A stretch of 64,000 nucleotides of DNA from contig OY970399.1 in assembly GCA_963720545.1 (NCBI GenBank), positions 1,696,001 to 1,760,000 on the forward strand, read 5' to 3'. Both the position numbers and the translations under genes were made by a program. Positions within the stretch are counted from its first letter, which is position 1. Every line of letters begins with the position of its first letter. The DNA comes from an uncultured Acidobacteriota bacterium. Its GTDB lineage: Bacteria > Acidobacteriota > Vicinamibacteria > Fen-336. The notes under the pieces were generated by a model. It was not told the origin of the DNA and made no database searches. It worked only from the letters and a program-made list of their open reading frames with translations. Shown here in pieces: positions 60,437 to 64,000 of this stretch.

Positions 60437-60653
60437 GGCGAACCTCATCAATTCGCGCCAGCGTAGCACCGCGGCGGGCCGTTTCCGGAGGCGAATGCGA
60501 CGCTCCTGGTTCAACAGGGGTTGACAGGAATGATTCTGAACATGAAACGCATTTTCACAATGTCGTGTTCAAGATAAAAAATGGCCTCGCCGCGGCGGCG
60601 CCTGGTGCACTATGTTGATTCCGCACCGTTTTGGCCTTTGCAGGAGGGCGCCG

Positions 60654-61826
60654 ATGTTGATGACGCGAACCGCCACGCTGTTGTCGATCCTTTCACTCGC
60701 ATCGCTGTCGATCGTTTCGATGGCCGCGCCGGCCGGCGCCGCGTCCGCTGGACTGACCGTGGGCAAGCCTGAGATCCGCTCTATGGCAGCGCTCGCGTTC
60801 GGCCCGGACGGAGTTCTGTTCGTCGGCGATTCGGTGGGCGGCGCCGTGTTCGCGATCGACCTTGGCGACAAGACCGAACGGGCGGTGAAGGATCCGAAGC
60901 GGATTCTCGACGTCGAGGGCAAGCTCGCTGCGCTTCTCGGCGCGACGCCCGCGGACATCCTGGTCCACGACATGGCGGTCAATCCCCTCTCGAAGAACGT
61001 CTACTTCGCGGTTTCGCGCGGCCGCGCTGCGCTGGCCGCGGGGTCGCCGTGGGTACTCCCCAACGACGTTGCCACCGCGACGGCGCTGTTGAGGCTCGAC
61101 TTCGACGGCAAGGTGAGCGTTGTCGACCTCGGCGCGGTGCCGTTCGCGCGCGTGGCACTGCCGAACCCGGTCGACCCGGCGAAGAAGCACGCGTGGAAGG
61201 AGGGCCTGCAGGCGCGCGTCGAGACCATCACCGATCTCGGCTATGCGGACGGCACGTTGTGGATCGCGGGCCTGTCGAACGAGGAGTTCGCTTCCACCAT
61301 GTGGCGGGTCAAGTACCCGTTCGACAGCGCGGTGGCGGCGACCACCATCGAGAACTATCACGGCGCGCACCAGAAGTACGAAACCGAGGCGCCGGTGCGA
61401 GCGTTCGTCCCGTACACCTTGAACGGCACGCCGTCGCTGGTGGCGGCCTACCTGTGCACGCCGCTCGTCACATTTTCGGTCGACACTCTGAAGGACAAGG
61501 CGCACGTCAAGGGCCGCACCATTGGCGAGTTCGGCTCGGGCAACTATCCGCTCGACATGGTCCTTTATAAAGACCGCGGCCGCGACAAGTTTCTGATCGC
61601 GAACAGCAACCTGCCGCTGATGATCGTGGACCCGAAGGACATCGAGTCCTATCAGGGCGAGATCACGAAGGGCGAGGACAAGTACCAGTTCGGCGTGCGC
61701 TTCGAGTCGCGCTCGACGCGCGCGGTGCAGCAGCTCGACAACTTCGGCCCCGACTACGTGGTGGCGCTGGAGCGCCTGATGGGCGGGCGGCTCGACCTCT
61801 CGCCGATGCCCGTCGAGCGGTTCTGA
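60654..61826 (+). CDS. Exported hypothetical protein, probable beta-propeller
   Basis: AGGAGG RBS; signal peptide; LAFGPDGVLFVGD, DMAVNP, LSNEEFAS, AYLCTPL. Confidence 0.8.
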   Translation: MLMTRTATLLSILSLASLSIVSMAAPAGAASAGLTVGKPEIRSMAALAFGPDGVLFVGDSVGGAVFAIDLGDKTERAVKDPKRILDVEGKLAALLGATPADILVHDMAVNPLSKNVYFAVSRGRAALAAGSPWVLPNDVATATALLRLDFDGKVSVVDLGAVPFARVALPNPVDPAKKHAWKEGLQARVETITDLGYADGTLWIAGLSNEEFASTMWRVKYPFDSAVAATTIENYHGAHQKYETEAPVRAFVPYTLNGTPSLVAAYLCTPLVTFSVDTLKDKAHVKGRTIGEFGSGNYPLDMVLYKDRGRDKFLIANSNLPLMIVDPKDIESYQGEITKGEDKYQFGVRFESRSTRAVQQLDNFGPDYVVALERLMGGRLDLSPMPVERF

Positions 61827-62926
61827 GCGCGGCCTTTCTCCTCCTCGCGGCGGCACTGACGCTTGAGACGCCGTCCACGGGATCGGGACCGGTCACGCTC
61901 GTGGGGTTGAGCGAGGCGCAGCGCGCTCGGCTCGGGGGGTTGAGTAGCGCGGAACTGGCAGAAATGCTGGCGGTTTACACCGGTGCATTGAACGCGCGGC
62001 CGGGGCCGGCCAGTGACCAGCCCGCAATCGCCGGGAGCGTTTCGCTTGCAGACGCCGGCCTGCGGTTCACGGCGCGGTTCCCGTTCGTTTCCGGGCTCGA
62101 CTACACCGTTTTCGCTGCGCTCGACGGCGTCTCGCTGCGTAGTTCGTTCCGGGTGGCACCCCCGGCCGGAGACGCGCCCCGTGTTGTCGCGGTCTTTCCT
62201 TCGGGCACCGAGCTGCCGGCGAACACGCTGCGGATGTATGTGCATTTCTCGCAAGCCATGAACGCACGCCAGGTTCACGACCACGTGCGGCTTCTGGATG
62301 CACTGGGCGCGGTCGTGCCGCTCGCCTTCGTCGAAGTGGCCCATGGCCTGTGGAATGCTCCTGCGACACGGCTCACGCTCTTCTTCCATCCGGGCCGCGT
62401 GAAGCGCGGGGTTGCACCGGGTGACGACCTTGGGCCGGTGCTCACGCCCGGCCGGTCTTACCGGCTCCTTGTCGATGGCTCCCTCACCGATGCCGCCGGG
62501 CGGCCGCTTGGAGCCGACTTCTCGCACGCTTTCACCGCGGCCGATGACGATCGCGTGTCGCCCGACGCCGCGCGCGTCGGCGTCACTGCGCCGCCCGACG
62601 CCGGCAGCGCGCTGTCGGTTGCGCTGCCGGAACCGCTCGACGAGGCGCTGCTGCGGCGCTTCGTCTGGGTCGAAGATGCGTCCGGCTCCGCCCTCGCCGG
62701 CGAAGTCACGATTGGCGAAGGGGAGACTCGCTGGCGGTTCCAGCCGCGCGAACCCTGGAAGAGCGGCGCCTATTCGCTGCGCATCTTGCCGGCACTCGAG
62801 GATCGCGCCGGCAACCGCTTCGACCGCCTGTTCGATCGCAGCACGGTTGAAGGTGACGAAGAGGGTACCGCTGGCGCGGCCACGTCGCCGCTGGTCCCGT
62901 TGTCCTTCCCTTTCCGTTTCCCGTGA
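61823..62926 (+). CDS. Exported hypothetical protein with Ig-like (Big_5/SbsA-type) repeats
   Basis: P.VVAVFPS..LPAN.LRMYVHFS..M, HPGRVKRG, L.D.AG..L, LEDRAGN; signal-like stretch upstream of GTG 61901 suggests a CTG start at 61823. Confidence 0.7.
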   Translation: MSAAFLLLAAALTLETPSTGSGPVTLVGLSEAQRARLGGLSSAELAEMLAVYTGALNARPGPASDQPAIAGSVSLADAGLRFTARFPFVSGLDYTVFAALDGVSLRSSFRVAPPAGDAPRVVAVFPSGTELPANTLRMYVHFSQAMNARQVHDHVRLLDALGAVVPLAFVEVAHGLWNAPATRLTLFFHPGRVKRGVAPGDDLGPVLTPGRSYRLLVDGSLTDAAGRPLGADFSHAFTAADDDRVSPDAARVGVTAPPDAGSALSVALPEPLDEALLRRFVWVEDASGSALAGEVTIGEGETRWRFQPREPWKSGAYSLRILPALEDRAGNRFDRLFDRSTVEGDEEGTAGAATSPLVPLSFPFRFP

Positions 62927-62938
62927 CTATGAGGCGAC

Positions 62939-63796
62939 TCAGCGAACACGTCGCAGCTCCGCCTCCGAAGCGATGAATCCGAACCCTGGCCAACCGCCAG
63001 ATTGGACCGAACGCTCGAACCACTTGCGCGCTTCCGCCTTGTCGCCGCGCACGAGGTACCAGTTGCCGAGGCCGAAGGCGAGCGTGGCGACCTGAACCTT
63101 GTCGGTGTCCGCGGGGGTGACGACGGCTTCCGGGCCGATCTCGCCACGATAGAGCTGCAGGCGTCGCGTGTAGGCGTTGGTGACCGGCTTGTTGTCCGGA
63201 CGCCGATCGAGCATCGCCTTGGCTTCGTCGCCGCGGCCCGCGCGGCTGAGCGACATCCATAACCAGTCCGTGGAACCCGCCAGCTCCCCGGCATCGGGTG
63301 CGATGGGCTGCGCTTTGGCGAAGGACGACGCCGCCGCGGCAAAGTCGCCGCGCAGGAACTGGACCACACCAAGGTGGTACCAGATGCCGTAGATCGTCGG
63401 GTCGAGGGTGCCGCCGCGCGTGAGGTCGGCGAACGCGCGATCGAGTTCACGCACGGAAAGATATCGATGCCCGCGCCATCGAAGGAGCAGGGCATTGTCC
63501 GGCTCGATTTCGAGCCCGCGCGTGAACGTCGCAATGGCCTCGCGAAACTGCCACGCACCGGACTGCGCAACGCCGAGGTCGATGATGCGCGCAATGTCTG
63601 TTGGCGCGGCGTCGAGAGCGGCTCGCGCGGTCTTGACGGCATCCGTATCGGGGAGCGACCGATACTCCACCCCCTCAGGTGACCGGTATTGCAGTGATGG
63701 CTCGCCTGCCTGCCCTGCGTCGACCACAGGGCAAAGGGTGAGCGCCGTACCGATCGTGAACGTCAGCCCCGCACGCCGCACGTTACTAATCTGCAT
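62939..63796 (-). CDS. TPR-repeat protein, exported
   Basis: A...FT.GL...P, RGHRY, IWYHLG...FL.GDF..A, FGLGNWY. Confidence 0.82.
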   Translation of the reverse strand: MQISNVRRAGLTFTIGTALTLCPVVDAGQAGEPSLQYRSPEGVEYRSLPDTDAVKTARAALDAAPTDIARIIDLGVAQSGAWQFREAIATFTRGLEIEPDNALLLRWRGHRYLSVRELDRAFADLTRGGTLDPTIYGIWYHLGVVQFLRGDFAAAASSFAKAQPIAPDAGELAGSTDWLWMSLSRAGRGDEAKAMLDRRPDNKPVTNAYTRRLQLYRGEIGPEAVVTPADTDKVQVATLAFGLGNWYLVRGDKAEARKWFERSVQSGGWPGFGFIASEAELRRVR

Positions 63797-63852
63797 ACGG
63801 ACAGATTCTAGAGTCGCCCTCGATAGAGTGCCTCTGTTCGATCCTACTCCCC

Positions 63853-63996
63853 CCGTTTTCCCGAGGACGCCCTGCGCTTGCGCTGCGCCCGAGGGATCTC
63901 GGTGTCGAACGCGCAACACTGATGGAGGCGCCGATAGAAGTGGTGGACTGCGTCCGGACGCAGTCCGTTACCAATCACCTCACCGTTTTCCCGAGG
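63853..63996. repeat. 14-bp direct repeats flanking a 22-bp perfect palindrome
   Basis: CCGTTTTCCCGAGG at 63853 and 63983; GGACTGCGTCCGGACGCAGTCC at 63945-63966. Confidence 0.75.
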
Positions 63997-64000
63997 GGCG

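Noticed and set aside
63853..63996. CRISPR array or integron attC site
   Set aside because: Only two 14-bp copies 130 nt apart, no cas or intI gene, and no clear RYYYAAC/GTTRRRY pairing

Overview
GC-rich bacterial chromosome segment. The gene content (Oar-like TonB receptors, a duplicated orphan ABC permease, a TolB/TPR Ser/Thr kinase) suggests an acidobacterium; this is an inference. I call about 50 CDS and one tRNA-Arg(ACG) (40022-40098, minus strand). I saw no CRISPR array, rRNA, transposase or integrase. The main candidate system is a ~19 kb locus (10815-30117) resembling a utilisation locus for D-amino-acid peptides. It encodes a TonB-dependent receptor and six enzymes with signal peptides: a CapA/MslH-like metalloenzyme, a D-aminoacylase, two SxxK serine hydrolases, an M55 D-aminopeptidase and an S9 peptidase. 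It also encodes an APC permease, cytoplasmic PLP/NAD enzymes, a second His-less D-aminoacylase and a GntR regulator, and recurring TGT-N2/3-ACA operator-like motifs sit in its promoters. Other points of interest are a btpA-pfkB-psuG-M24 operon, a secreted atypical-kinase-like protein and a decaying accessory stretch with three frame disruptions left of the tRNA. There are also sigma54- and ECF-type promoter matches, a 42-aa membrane protein, a 10-codon coupled leader ORF and an uncharacterised beta-propeller/Ig-like gene pair. All calls come from motif recognition by eye; no searches were run.
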